A DNA stretch of 32,000 nt, taken from assembly GCA_022646745.1 (NCBI GenBank), contig CP060262.1:3120001-3152000 (forward strand). The letters are read 5' to 3'. The DNA is from Planctomycetales bacterium (GTDB lineage Bacteria > 4484-113 > JAFGCY01). The translations under genes were made by a program, and so were the position numbers. A model generated the notes under the pieces. That model searched no databases and was not told the DNA's origin. It saw nothing but the letters and a program-made list of their open reading frames with translations. Positions 8,249-16,034 of the stretch are shown piece by piece (the stretch's first letter is position 1; each line of letters begins with the position of its first letter).

Positions 8249-8257
8249 GCGCAAAAT

Positions 8258-9265
8258 TCAGCGCTCCTGCAGGAACAGCACCCCTCTAGATTGGTCGATC
8301 GCGTAATTGAAGCGAGAGAGGAAACCAGCCCCCAGTATTCCGTCAAGCTGACCAAGTGCTGTCCGTTCCAGCTCAGCCTCGATGGCCACTCCGGCAAGCA
8401 TACCCTGGCTGATGGTGCCGGATGCCAGTCCCGGCCAGGGCTGGGAAGTAAACTTCAGGTCATCGAGCAGGAATTCATTACCCTGAATCTCGCCATGGAA
8501 TCCACTGTACTGGGCTGATAACTTGCCGGTATAGGTCAAAGCCTGATCCTGCTTCCGTGTTGCTTCATCACTGAGCAGGATTTCTCCAGAGTAGCCTGTA
8601 TCGAGCATCAGGAGCAGTTCCCCCTGCCCTGCTTGTGCCTTTACAAGCAGCATGTCATGCAGCTGCAGCATAGGAATGGCAGCAGCTGTCCGGGCCGGCT
8701 GGTATGAACCCGGTTCTTGGATGCAAACTTCCTGTGCATCGTTGTCAATCCCCACGACGAAGTCTCGCAGTGCAGACACCGAAAGAGATCCAGCGAAATC
8801 ACTCGGAGGCCTGCCATCTGCATACGAGTATATCCTGAATGGCAGCCGCCGGATCCTGAGCTCTCCGCTGGACAGCAGCGCTGCTTCGGCGTATTTCAGT
8901 GAGTGGTCCGGATATTCCAATTGACGCGAGCCATCAAGGTCCGCCAGCGCTGAATCACTCCCGACGAAATGTAAACCAATTGGTGGTTTTTCATTCGCAT
9001 CCAGCTTCAGCACAGACAGGCGAGTCCCGGAATCCAGCAGCAACTCAAATTTCTGGCCTCCAATGCTTGCTGTGATGGTTGGACGTTCGGGATACCTGAA
9101 GGGGATTCGGGCAACGCCAGTGAAATTTACCACCTGCTGCTGCAGTGCATCAATAAATTCAATCAAGTGATTGGTTGAATTGAGGCAGTTGTCTTCAATC
9201 TCGCTGGCAACAGCCACGGTTACCAGCAAGGCAAGAAATGCAGCAACGAGGAAGCTTATTCGCAC
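8258..9265 (-). CDS. Secreted two-domain retropepsin-like (clan AA) aspartic protease
   Basis: Signal peptide MRISFLVAAFLALLVTVAVA. Two repeats each carry a catalytic-type triad: LLLDSGT (Asp codon 9032-9034) and LMLDTGY (Asp codon 8600-8602). The second lobe ends with ILGAGFLSRF..IDQ, typical of bacterial retropepsin-like domains. GTG start. Confidence 0.7.
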   Translation of the reverse strand: MRISFLVAAFLALLVTVAVASEIEDNCLNSTNHLIEFIDALQQQVVNFTGVARIPFRYPERPTITASIGGQKFELLLDSGTRLSVLKLDANEKPPIGLHFVGSDSALADLDGSRQLEYPDHSLKYAEAALLSSGELRIRRLPFRIYSYADGRPPSDFAGSLSVSALRDFVVGIDNDAQEVCIQEPGSYQPARTAAAIPMLQLHDMLLVKAQAGQGELLLMLDTGYSGEILLSDEATRKQDQALTYTGKLSAQYSGFHGEIQGNEFLLDDLKFTSQPWPGLASGTISQGMLAGVAIEAELERTALGQLDGILGAGFLSRFNYAIDQSRGVLFLQER

Positions 9266-9271
9266 ACACTG

Positions 9272-9277
9272 ATATTA
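9272..9277 (-). promoter_or_regulatory. -10-like TAATAT, 6 nt upstream of the GTG start of the protease gene
   Basis: The minus strand reads TAATAT-cagtgt-GTG. No Shine-Dalgarno sequence. Confidence 0.35.
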
Positions 9278-9299
9278 GCCTGCCACGGGTGCAAATTGC

Positions 9300-10103
9300 T
9301 CAGGCGCGCGCTTTGAAGGCCAGTGAGTCAGCCTGGTTCGCACCATTGGTACCGAGTTGAAGACCTGAACCCACATCACTTCCGACTCCAAGGAGCTTCG
9401 GAAGCCTGGCTGCCGAACTGATTGAATAATGGGCGCAGGCCGGCCCGAGCTCGTTGTCAAGCCGGCTGTATTCGCCTGTCATGCAGCGCACGGTATGGCA
9501 GCCAAGCTTGTTCGGGGTCTCAAAGTGCCTGTGTGGATTGTTGCCAACCAGTGCCACTTCGGAATGGCCCAGTCGCATCTGGGACAGCAGTCCACGAATG
9601 GCCCTGTCATCAGGCAGGCGGCTGCGCATGCCATCAATCTCATCAGCATAAGTGATATGGCTGAAGTACTTTCCGCAATCCAGTGCGGCAATGATGGATT
9701 TCTGGCTTTCAGTGTTTCCCTGAACCAACAAGCTCAGTTCGTGGCTATAACGCAGCTGCTGCAGTGCATCACGAACTCCTGGGTACATGAACATGCTTCC
9801 CGGCTGGGGGGAGAATCGATTGACCCATGCATTGAAGGCACGGATATTCATGACAGAGTCGCTTTGGCCGAAGCTCAACAGGATATGGTTGTAAATGCCT
9901 GCATCTGCGCTTCCAGTCTGTTGAATGTACTCATCAATGCAGATGGAAACACGGTCAGGGTCCATACCCAGGCTGGCTGAAGCAAAGCATAATGCCGGGA
10001 CGAGCCAATCCTGCCTGTCGAACAGTACGTCATCCAGCAGCAGCACTACTCCCTTGACGTGAGAAAGTGCGCCTGAGCCATCCTGTGCGGCGATTCCATC
10101 CAT
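9300..10103 (-). CDS. HAD-superfamily-like protein with degenerate catalytic motifs
   Basis: VVLLLDDVLFD resembles HAD motif I, LLVQGNT resembles motif II, and VALVGNNPHRHF..NKLGCHTV resembles motif IV. The ATG at 10103 has AGGA upstream and is preferred over the TTG at 10118. Confidence 0.5.
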   Translation of the reverse strand: MDGIAAQDGSGALSHVKGVVLLLDDVLFDRQDWLVPALCFASASLGMDPDRVSICIDEYIQQTGSADAGIYNHILLSFGQSDSVMNIRAFNAWVNRFSPQPGSMFMYPGVRDALQQLRYSHELSLLVQGNTESQKSIIAALDCGKYFSHITYADEIDGMRSRLPDDRAIRGLLSQMRLGHSEVALVGNNPHRHFETPNKLGCHTVRCMTGEYSRLDNELGPACAHYSISSAARLPKLLGVGSDVGSGLQLGTNGANQADSLAFKARA

Positions 10104-10271
10104 AACACTTATCCTCAACTCTAAAGAACGGCGCGCAAGGCAACCGAGGTTTCATTATGTGAAACTAGTTAAATTTTATCCCACAAACCCTATATTGCAA
10201 GGTGAATTACTGACAATCCGAGCATTTATCGGCCAAATTCACTGTAATTTCAGGTTATTGCCAGATTATTC

Positions 10272-10817
10272 TCACTTATACGCCCTGAGCGTCACCCGGC
10301 AGATATCGTCGCTCCCAAGATCCACCTTCACGAAGAGGGAATGCACCCTGCCCCCCTGCTTGGAGAAGGTGACTCCTTCCAGTATCCGTGAAGCGTTGTC
10401 ATCACTTTCGTAGCCCAGGTTGCCAAGAGCTCCGAGAATCTGCGTCGCGCTGCCCAGGGCATCCATGCCTGAGAGAGCCCTGACCTCCAGGCCGGTAGAC
10501 AACTCGCCTGAGATCGTCTCAATCGTGTAACTGCTGTCCAGTGGCAATTCACTCCCAACCGATCGATCGAGCTTTGGTGCCTCAGTGCTGACAGCACTGG
10601 CCGAAGTTGAAGCTGGGGAGGTGTTACTGGATTGCACCGCAGGAGTCGGCGTGGAACTGCCAGTGCCGGGTTGTACCTGAGGACAGCCGGCAAGCAGCAG
10701 AGCCAGGCAGATCAGCCCACTGATGTTCCCAAGACCCGCAGCCAGCCAGTTGCTGTTATTCGTCCCCTGATTCGCTTGAATCATCACTGGCGGACTCACC
10801 GGAATCCATGTCCGCAT
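10272..10817 (-). CDS. Putative lipoprotein, unknown function
   Basis: Lipobox LLLAGC follows a hydrophobic stretch, then a Ser/Thr/Pro-rich linker. The start is ambiguous (ATG at 10817 or 10784); both overlap the upstream gene. Confidence 0.55.
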   Translation of the reverse strand: MRTWIPVSPPVMIQANQGTNNSNWLAAGLGNISGLICLALLLAGCPQVQPGTGSSTPTPAVQSSNTSPASTSASAVSTEAPKLDRSVGSELPLDSSYTIETISGELSTGLEVRALSGMDALGSATQILGALGNLGYESDDNASRILEGVTFSKQGGRVHSLFVKVDLGSDDICRVTLRAYK

Positions 10818-10962
10818 CCTTAAGGGTACCTTCGCTCATCTTGTCAGCGATGCCAACGGCACCTTCACCACCTGCCTGGGTGGTATCGGCGGTGTCCTTG
10901 AACATGTCACAGGAGCACAGCCCGAGGACCAGTGCAAGCAGAGCCGCAAACAGATAACGCAT
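10756..10962 (-). CDS. Small acidic lipoprotein (68 aa)
   Basis: The ATG at 10962 has a GGAGG 6 nt upstream. MRYLFAALLALVLGLCSC is a signal sequence with a lipobox. The mature part is rich in Asp, Glu and Ser. Confidence 0.55.
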   Translation of the reverse strand: MRYLFAALLALVLGLCSCDMFKDTADTTQAGGEGAVGIADKMSEGTLKDADMDSGESASDDSSESGDE

Positions 10963-11078
10963 GTCCAACCTCCGTGCCCTTCAGGGCAGGCTTGATCATA
11001 GCTGATTCAGCCAGCGGCACGCAAGCTGGTACTCGGAGGATGCTTTCTAAAATGACGTTGAATGGAACAAGAAATTGA

Positions 11079-11107
11079 TTGACATTAACCAATCCAGCAG
11101 GTATTTT
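11079..11107 (+). promoter_or_regulatory. Candidate promoter of the tRNA-tuf cluster: TTGACA, 17-nt spacer, TATTTT
   Basis: TTGACA at 11079-11084 and TATTTT at 11102-11107, with AT-rich sequence upstream. It lies about 11-18 nt before the first tRNA. Confidence 0.55.
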
Positions 11108-11124
11108 ATCCGGGCTGAAGATAA

Positions 11125-11197
11125 GCCGACTTAGCTCAGCTGGCAGAGCAACTGATTTGTAATCAGTAGGTCACCAGTTCGATCCTGGTAGTCGGCT
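11125..11197 (+). tRNA. tRNA-Thr (anticodon TGT)
   Basis: Cloverleaf folded by hand. Acceptor gccgact/agtcggc, anticodon loop ttTGTaa, T-loop ttcgatc. No encoded CCA. Confidence 0.95.
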
Positions 11198-11224
11198 TTT
11201 TTCCCGGTACGTTAACAACCTGTT

Positions 11225-11311
11225 GGTGGGGTGTCCGAGTGGTTAAAGGAGGCAGACTGTAAATCTGTTCGGCTTCGCCGTACACTGGTTCGAATCCAGT
11301 CCCCACCACCA
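11225..11311 (+). tRNA. tRNA-Tyr (anticodon GTA), long variable arm, CCA encoded
   Basis: Acceptor ggtgggg/ccccacc, anticodon loop ctGTAaa, T-loop ttcgaat. Closely resembles bacterial tyrU-type tRNA. Confidence 0.95.
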
Positions 11312-11408
11312 ACTTCCTCCAGCGTGCCTCCCCTTTCCCTCCCCTGTCCTTCATCCGGAGTTGGCAACAACACGCATTCCGCTGTGATATACTTCCCTTT
11401 CCCGGCGG

Positions 11409-11482
<74 letters not shown>

Positions 11483-11522
11483 TCCGCCATCATTGGTAAA
11501 GCAGTCCCGGGTAGCTTTGCTG

Positions 11523-11550
11523 TCCGCGAAATCAGGGGAATTCTCGCGGA
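11523..11550 (+). terminator. Hairpin (tccgcga ... tcgcgga) followed by a T/A-rich tract in the Gly-Thr tRNA spacer
   Basis: 7-bp GC-rich stem followed by tatttatt. Possible partial terminator or processing element. Confidence 0.25.
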
Positions 11551-11556
11551 TATTTA

Positions 11557-11585
11557 TTGCATCTCACCATTGCGCGTGATAAACT
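11557..11585 (+). promoter_or_regulatory. Candidate internal promoter: TTGCAT, 17-nt spacer, TAAACT
   Basis: It lies 12 nt upstream of tRNA-Thr(GGT) and could drive tRNA-Thr and tuf independently. Confidence 0.35.
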
Positions 11586-11597
11586 TTTCGTTCTCAA

Positions 11598-11671
<74 letters not shown>

Positions 11672-11782
11672 TTTCAAACCCTTGGGGTAGATTTTTTTTG
11701 CCCGGAGGTCTGCCTGGCCGGTGTCCCGGATAGGCTGCTGTAGTACGGCCTGCGTGCAGGTCAGATCACTTAGGAGTCCGTA

Positions 11783-12982
11783 ATGGCTAAGGCGAAATTT
11801 GATCGATCAAAACCGCACGTGAACGTCGGTACGATTGGCCACGTTGACCACGGCAAGACCACCTTGACGGCGGCCATCACCAAGGTTCTTTCAATGAAGA
11901 ACTCCAATTCCGCCAAGTTCACGAGCTTTGATGAGATTGACAAGGCGCCCGAAGAGAAGGAGCGCGGTATCACCATCTCCACAGCCCACGTTGAGTACGA
12001 GACGGACAACCGTCACTATGCCCACGTGGACTGCCCTGGACACGCCGACTACATCAAGAACATGATTACCGGCGCGGCCCAGATGGACGGTGCGATCCTG
12101 GTCGTTTCCGCCTCCGATGGTGTAATGCCCCAGACCCGCGAGCACATCCTGCTTGCCCGTCAGGTCGGCGTGCCCTACCTTGTCATCTTCCTCAACAAGG
12201 TTGACCTCGTGGATGATGAGGAGCTCGTTGAGCTCGTGGAAGAGGAGATCAAGGAAGTGCTCAGCACATATGAGTACCCCGCAGACGAAATCCCGTTCAT
12301 CCGTGGCAGTGCACTTGCCGCCCTTGAGTCCAGCGATCCCGGCAGCGAGCAGGCTTCCTGCATCATCAAGCTGATGGAGGCCCTTGACTCCTACGTGCCG
12401 GAGCCGGCCCGTGAGGTTGACAAGCCCTTCCTGATGCCTGTTGAGGACGTGTTCACCATCACCGGCCGCGGCACCGTCGCCACCGGTCGTATTGAGCGCG
12501 GCATGGTCAAGGTCGGTGAGGAAATCGAGATCGTCGGCATCAAGCCGACCCGCAAGACCACCTGCACCGGCGTGGAGATGTTCCGCAAGCTGCTGGACAG
12601 CGGTATGGCCGGTGACAACGTCGGTCTGCTGCTTCGTGGTGTGGAGCGTACCGGTGTCGAGCGCGGCCAGGTGCTGTGCAAGCCCGGCAGCATCACCCCG
12701 CACACCGTCTTCACCGCGCGTTGCTACGTGCTGAAGAAAGAAGAAGGTGGCCGTCACAAGCCCTTCTTCAAGGGATACCGCCCGCAGTTCTACATGCGTA
12801 CGACCGACGTGACCGGCTCCATCGAGCTGGCCGAGGGCGTCGAGATGGTGATGCCGGGTGACGAGGTGGACTTCACCGCGACCCTGATCGAGCCGATCGC
12901 GCTTGAGGACGGAATGCGCTTCGCTATCCGCGAGGGCGGCCGTACCATCGGTGCAGGCCTGATCACCAAGGTGATCCAGTAA
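11783..12982 (+). CDS. tuf: Elongation factor Tu
   Basis: 399 aa. [18 protein letters not shown] and NKVD motifs, with full-length EF-Tu similarity. AGGAG Shine-Dalgarno upstream. Confidence 0.98.
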   Translation: MAKAKFDRSKPHVNVGTIGHVDHGKTTLTAAITKVLSMKNSNSAKFTSFDEIDKAPEEKERGITISTAHVEYETDNRHYAHVDCPGHADYIKNMITGAAQMDGAILVVSASDGVMPQTREHILLARQVGVPYLVIFLNKVDLVDDEELVELVEEEIKEVLSTYEYPADEIPFIRGSALAALESSDPGSEQASCIIKLMEALDSYVPEPAREVDKPFLMPVEDVFTITGRGTVATGRIERGMVKVGEEIEIVGIKPTRKTTCTGVEMFRKLLDSGMAGDNVGLLLRGVERTGVERGQVLCKPGSITPHTVFTARCYVLKKEEGGRHKPFFKGYRPQFYMRTTDVTGSIELAEGVEMVMPGDEVDFTATLIEPIALEDGMRFAIREGGRTIGAGLITKVIQ

Positions 12983-13023
12983 GCAGTCAACCCCGTTAGT
13001 AACGTCAGGATTGGTGAACAGAG

Positions 13024-13194
13024 ATGGCTAAGAAGAAAGGTGAAAAGCGAATCCCCGTGATTCTGGAATGCAGCGAGTGCCACAAGCACCGCTACCACAC
13101 GAGTCGCAACCGCCTTAACACGCCTAACAAGCTGGAACTGAACAAGTATTGCCGCTTCGACAGAAAGGTGACTGTTCACAAGGAGACGAAGTAG
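13024..13194 (+). CDS. rpmG: 50S ribosomal protein L33 (56 aa; below the ORF-track length cut-off)
   Basis: Hand translation gives [56 protein letters not shown]. The [11 protein letters not shown] core is typical of L33. It sits in the conserved position between tuf and tRNA-Trp. Confidence 0.9.
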   Translation: MAKKKGEKRIPVILECSECHKHRYHTSRNRLNTPNKLELNKYCRFDRKVTVHKETK

Positions 13195-13203
13195 TTCTGG
13201 CAA

Positions 13204-13277
13204 AGGCCCATAGTTCAATGGCAGAACACTGGTCTCCAAAACCAGGAATGGGGGTTCGAATCCCTCTGGGCCTGCCA
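13204..13277 (+). tRNA. tRNA-Trp (anticodon CCA), CCA end encoded
   Basis: Acceptor aggccca/tgggcct, anticodon stem ctggt/accag with loop ctCCAaa, T-loop ttcgaat. Confidence 0.95.
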
Positions 13278-13297
13278 TTACTGAACGGGAATCAGGA

Positions 13298-13531
13298 ATG
13301 AGCACCATGGCTAACAAGAAACCAGCAAAGGGGCAGGAAGAGGCTCCGCAGAGCAGGGGCGTAGGAGGCTACGTCCAGGATCTGCGCGCCGAGTGGAACA
13401 AGATCACGTTCCCGGACCGCAAGGACCTCACCCGCTCGACAATATCGGTATTCCTCATCACTGGATTGCTGATGGGAATCATCGTTGGTTTCAACGCCAT
13501 CGTCTCGATCATCTTCCAGGCGATCCGCTAG
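13298..13531 (+). CDS. secE: Preprotein translocase subunit SecE
   Basis: YVQDLRAEWNKITFPDRKDLTRSTISVFLITGLLMGIIVGFNAIV shows the typical SecE C-terminal TM segment. Conserved position before nusG. The ATG at 13307 is an alternative start. Confidence 0.85.
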   Translation: MSTMANKKPAKGQEEAPQSRGVGGYVQDLRAEWNKITFPDRKDLTRSTISVFLITGLLMGIIVGFNAIVSIIFQAIR

Positions 13532-13548
13532 GTAAGGGGTAGATCCAA

Positions 13549-14100
13549 ATGCGCTGGTACGTTCTCCACGCTCTTAGTGGACATGAGGAAAAGGTTGCCC
13601 ATACGCTCAGGCACATGCTCGAGCAGGGCAAGTTCGGCAGTGATGTCGAGGAAATCCTCGTGCCCTTCGAGACCCGCGTTGAGAGTGTCAAGGGAAAGAA
13701 GAAGAACGTTGAGCGCAAGATGTACCCCGGCTATGTGCTGATCAAGATGAACCTGACGAACGAACTGCGCCACCAGCTCAAGCAGGTGCAGGGCGTGATC
13801 GGATTCATCGGCAGCGCTGATGCCCCCCAGCCCCTCACGGAGCCGGAGATCAGGCAGATCTTCGCCCGCATGGAACAGGATGAGCCTGAGGTCGAACTGG
13901 AGTACAAGGTTGGTGACACCGTCAAGGTTGTCAGCGGGCCCTTCGCCGAGGCAATCGGCAAGGTCCGTGAGATTGAGCTGGAGCGCCGCAAGGTGAAGAT
14001 CATGGTTTCGGTCTTCGGGCGTGACACTCAGGTCGAACTCGATTTCGAGCAGGTCGAGGAATTCGAGCCCGAGGATACTGCTCAGAACGGCGTGCTCTAA
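13549..14100 (+). CDS. nusG: Transcription termination/antitermination factor NusG
   Basis: NGN domain ([15 protein letters not shown]) and a KOW motif ([22 protein letters not shown]). Confidence 0.95.
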   Translation: MRWYVLHALSGHEEKVAHTLRHMLEQGKFGSDVEEILVPFETRVESVKGKKKNVERKMYPGYVLIKMNLTNELRHQLKQVQGVIGFIGSADAPQPLTEPEIRQIFARMEQDEPEVELEYKVGDTVKVVSGPFAEAIGKVREIELERRKVKIMVSVFGRDTQVELDFEQVEEFEPEDTAQNGVL

Positions 14101-14119
14101 GCGCTCCAAGGATAGATAT

Positions 14120-14650
14120 ATGGCTAAGCAGATCAAGGCATATGTGAAGGTACAGGTTGAGGGTGGACAGGCCAAGCCGGCCCCCCCGCTGGGCCCTGCG
14201 CTCGGTCAGCACGGTGTGCAGATCATGGATTTCTGCCGCGCGTTCAACGACCAGACCAAGGACCAGATGGGTGAGATCCTCCCTACCCTCATCACGATCT
14301 ACGAGGACCGCAGCTTTGACTTCCAGGTCAAGAGCCCTCCCGCCGCCGTGCTCCTGATGCGCGCTGCCGGCATGGAACAGGGCAGCAGCCGTCCCAGCAA
14401 GCTCAAGGTCGCCACAGTGACCTGGGAACAGTGCCGCGAGATCGCCGAGAAGAAGGCCAAGGACCTTAATGCCCTTGACACAGAGGCCGGTGCGCAGATC
14501 ATCGCCGGTACGGCTCGCAGCATGGGCTACATCGTGGTAGGACATCCGCAGGGCCGTGATGACAAGTTCGCCGTCATCAGCAAGGCCGAGTTTGCCAAGA
14601 TGAAGGCGGACCATGCTTCCAAGCCCGTCGCAGCCGGCAAAAAGAAGTAA
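14120..14650 (+). CDS. rplK: 50S ribosomal protein L11 with a C-terminal extension of about 36 aa
   Basis: [33 protein letters not shown]... The ORF-track start at 14021 overlaps nusG, so the ATG at 14120 is preferred. The canonical L11 end ([11 protein letters not shown]) is followed by 36 further residues. Confidence 0.9.
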   Translation: MAKQIKAYVKVQVEGGQAKPAPPLGPALGQHGVQIMDFCRAFNDQTKDQMGEILPTLITIYEDRSFDFQVKSPPAAVLLMRAAGMEQGSSRPSKLKVATVTWEQCREIAEKKAKDLNALDTEAGAQIIAGTARSMGYIVVGHPQGRDDKFAVISKAEFAKMKADHASKPVAAGKKK

Positions 14651-14718
14651 CAAAGTAATCTGGACCTGAATAAGGCAAACCCGCAAGGGTAACCCAGCTT
14701 TTTACAAGGAAGACAATC

Positions 14719-15405
14719 ATGAGTGGTCGCAAGTACCTTGAAAAGCAGCAGGCCTTTGGTGACAGGAATGTCCCGAAGGCACCCCTGGAAGGGCTTGAGC
14801 TTCTTAAGAAGCACGCCCGGGACTGGGAGAGCGTGGATGTGGACATCCGCCTTGGCATCAATACGCGCAAGGCTGACCAGAACATCCGTGGCACTACCAT
14901 CCTTCCCAGCGGCACCGGCAAGACCCCGCGCGTGGTCGTGCTCTGCAAGGCGGACAAGGCTGAGGAAGCCACCGCAGCAGGCGCTGACCATGTCGGCCTT
15001 GAGGAACTGATCGAGAAGATCAGCGGCGGCTGGGTGGAGTTTGACATTGTCATCGCCACCCCGGACGTCATGAAGGATGTTTCCAAGGTCGCCAAGGTGC
15101 TCGGTCCCCGCGGCATGATGCCCAACCCGAAGAGTGGCACCGTGACGAACGACCTGGCCCAGGCCGTTGGTGAGAGCAAGTCCGGAAAGGTGGAGTACCG
15201 TGCTGACAAGACCGGCATCGTGCACCTTTCCTTCGGCCGTGCCTCCTTCAGCATTGACGAGCTGCAGAAGAACCTTGACCACCTGATGACGGTGATCCTC
15301 AAGGCCCGCCCCAGCACCGTCAAGGGCAACTACGTGAAGAGCGTTTTCATCAGCTCCACGCAGTCCCCGGCGGTCAAGCTGGACCACAATAGTTTCTCGG
15401 CCTAG
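14719..15405 (+). CDS. rplA: 50S ribosomal protein L1
   Basis: 228 aa with full-length L1 similarity (GTGKT.RV.V, ATPD.M, LGPRGMMPNPK.GTVT). AAGGAAG Shine-Dalgarno upstream. Confidence 0.95.
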   Translation: MSGRKYLEKQQAFGDRNVPKAPLEGLELLKKHARDWESVDVDIRLGINTRKADQNIRGTTILPSGTGKTPRVVVLCKADKAEEATAAGADHVGLEELIEKISGGWVEFDIVIATPDVMKDVSKVAKVLGPRGMMPNPKSGTVTNDLAQAVGESKSGKVEYRADKTGIVHLSFGRASFSIDELQKNLDHLMTVILKARPSTVKGNYVKSVFISSTQSPAVKLDHNSFSA

Positions 15406-15414
15406 GGGTGAGTC

Positions 15415-15930
15415 ATGAATAAAGATCAGAAGACAGCAAAGCTTGAGAAGTACGAACAGACGATCGCTGAGAGCGGTTTCCAGATCTTCACCGAGTTCAA
15501 CAAGATCTCGGTGGGCAAGATGGAGGCATTCCGCCAGGAGATCCGCGACCTCGGCGGCAGCGTCACCGTACTGAAGAACACCCTTGCGCGCATCGCTTTT
15601 GAGCGCAACGGTATCGAGGAAGTGGCAGAGTTCCTTGCCGGCACAACAGTGATGTTCGCCGGCCAGGAGGAGATCGCCCCGCTTGCCAAGGCCATCCAGG
15701 CCAAGGGCAAGGAGTTCCGCTTCCTGAAGGTCAAGGCGGTGGTGTTTGATGGCAAGGTGTATGGAGCTGAGCAGTTCTCCTCCTTCACCTCGATGCCGAC
15801 CAAGAACGAGATCCGTGCGAAGCTGCTGGGCGTCATGAAGGCCCCGGCAAGCAACTTCGTCCGTATCCTAAGCCCGGCCGGCCGCTTCGTCACCGTCCTG
15901 GGCCAGTACGCCGAGAAGCGTGCTGGATAG
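15415..15930 (+). CDS. rplJ: 50S ribosomal protein L10
   Basis: 171 aa in the conserved position. L10-like segments FRQEIRDLGGSVTVLKNTLARIA and GTTVMFAGQEE. Confidence 0.92.
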   Translation: MNKDQKTAKLEKYEQTIAESGFQIFTEFNKISVGKMEAFRQEIRDLGGSVTVLKNTLARIAFERNGIEEVAEFLAGTTVMFAGQEEIAPLAKAIQAKGKEFRFLKVKAVVFDGKVYGAEQFSSFTSMPTKNEIRAKLLGVMKAPASNFVRILSPAGRFVTVLGQYAEKRAG

Positions 15931-16034
15931 GTAATCCCGATATCAACTTTCCGCTGGCTGTATGGACCGGCCCGCGGGATTAGCAGCTGTTACGAGCTAA
16001 TGCTTCTAATTATCCTGACGTCCTGGAGGATGTG

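Noticed and set aside
8113-8518. ORF-track entries 8113-8397 (minus) and 8195-8518 (plus) overlapping the 5S gene and the protease 3' end.
   Set aside because: They overlap a confidently identified 5S rRNA and a better-supported CDS. They have no start signals and no motifs.
8241-11125. A genomic island integrated at a tRNA or 5S locus.
   Set aside because: There is no integrase, transposase or phage gene, and I could find no direct repeat of a tRNA 3' end. It is retained only as a low-interest islet hypothesis.
14651-14718. Possible L1-binding autoregulatory leader between rplK and rplA (small accc-GCAA-gggt hairpin followed by ttttt).
   Set aside because: The stem is only 4 bp, and I cannot match it from memory to the 23S L1-stalk mimic. 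The evidence is insufficient.
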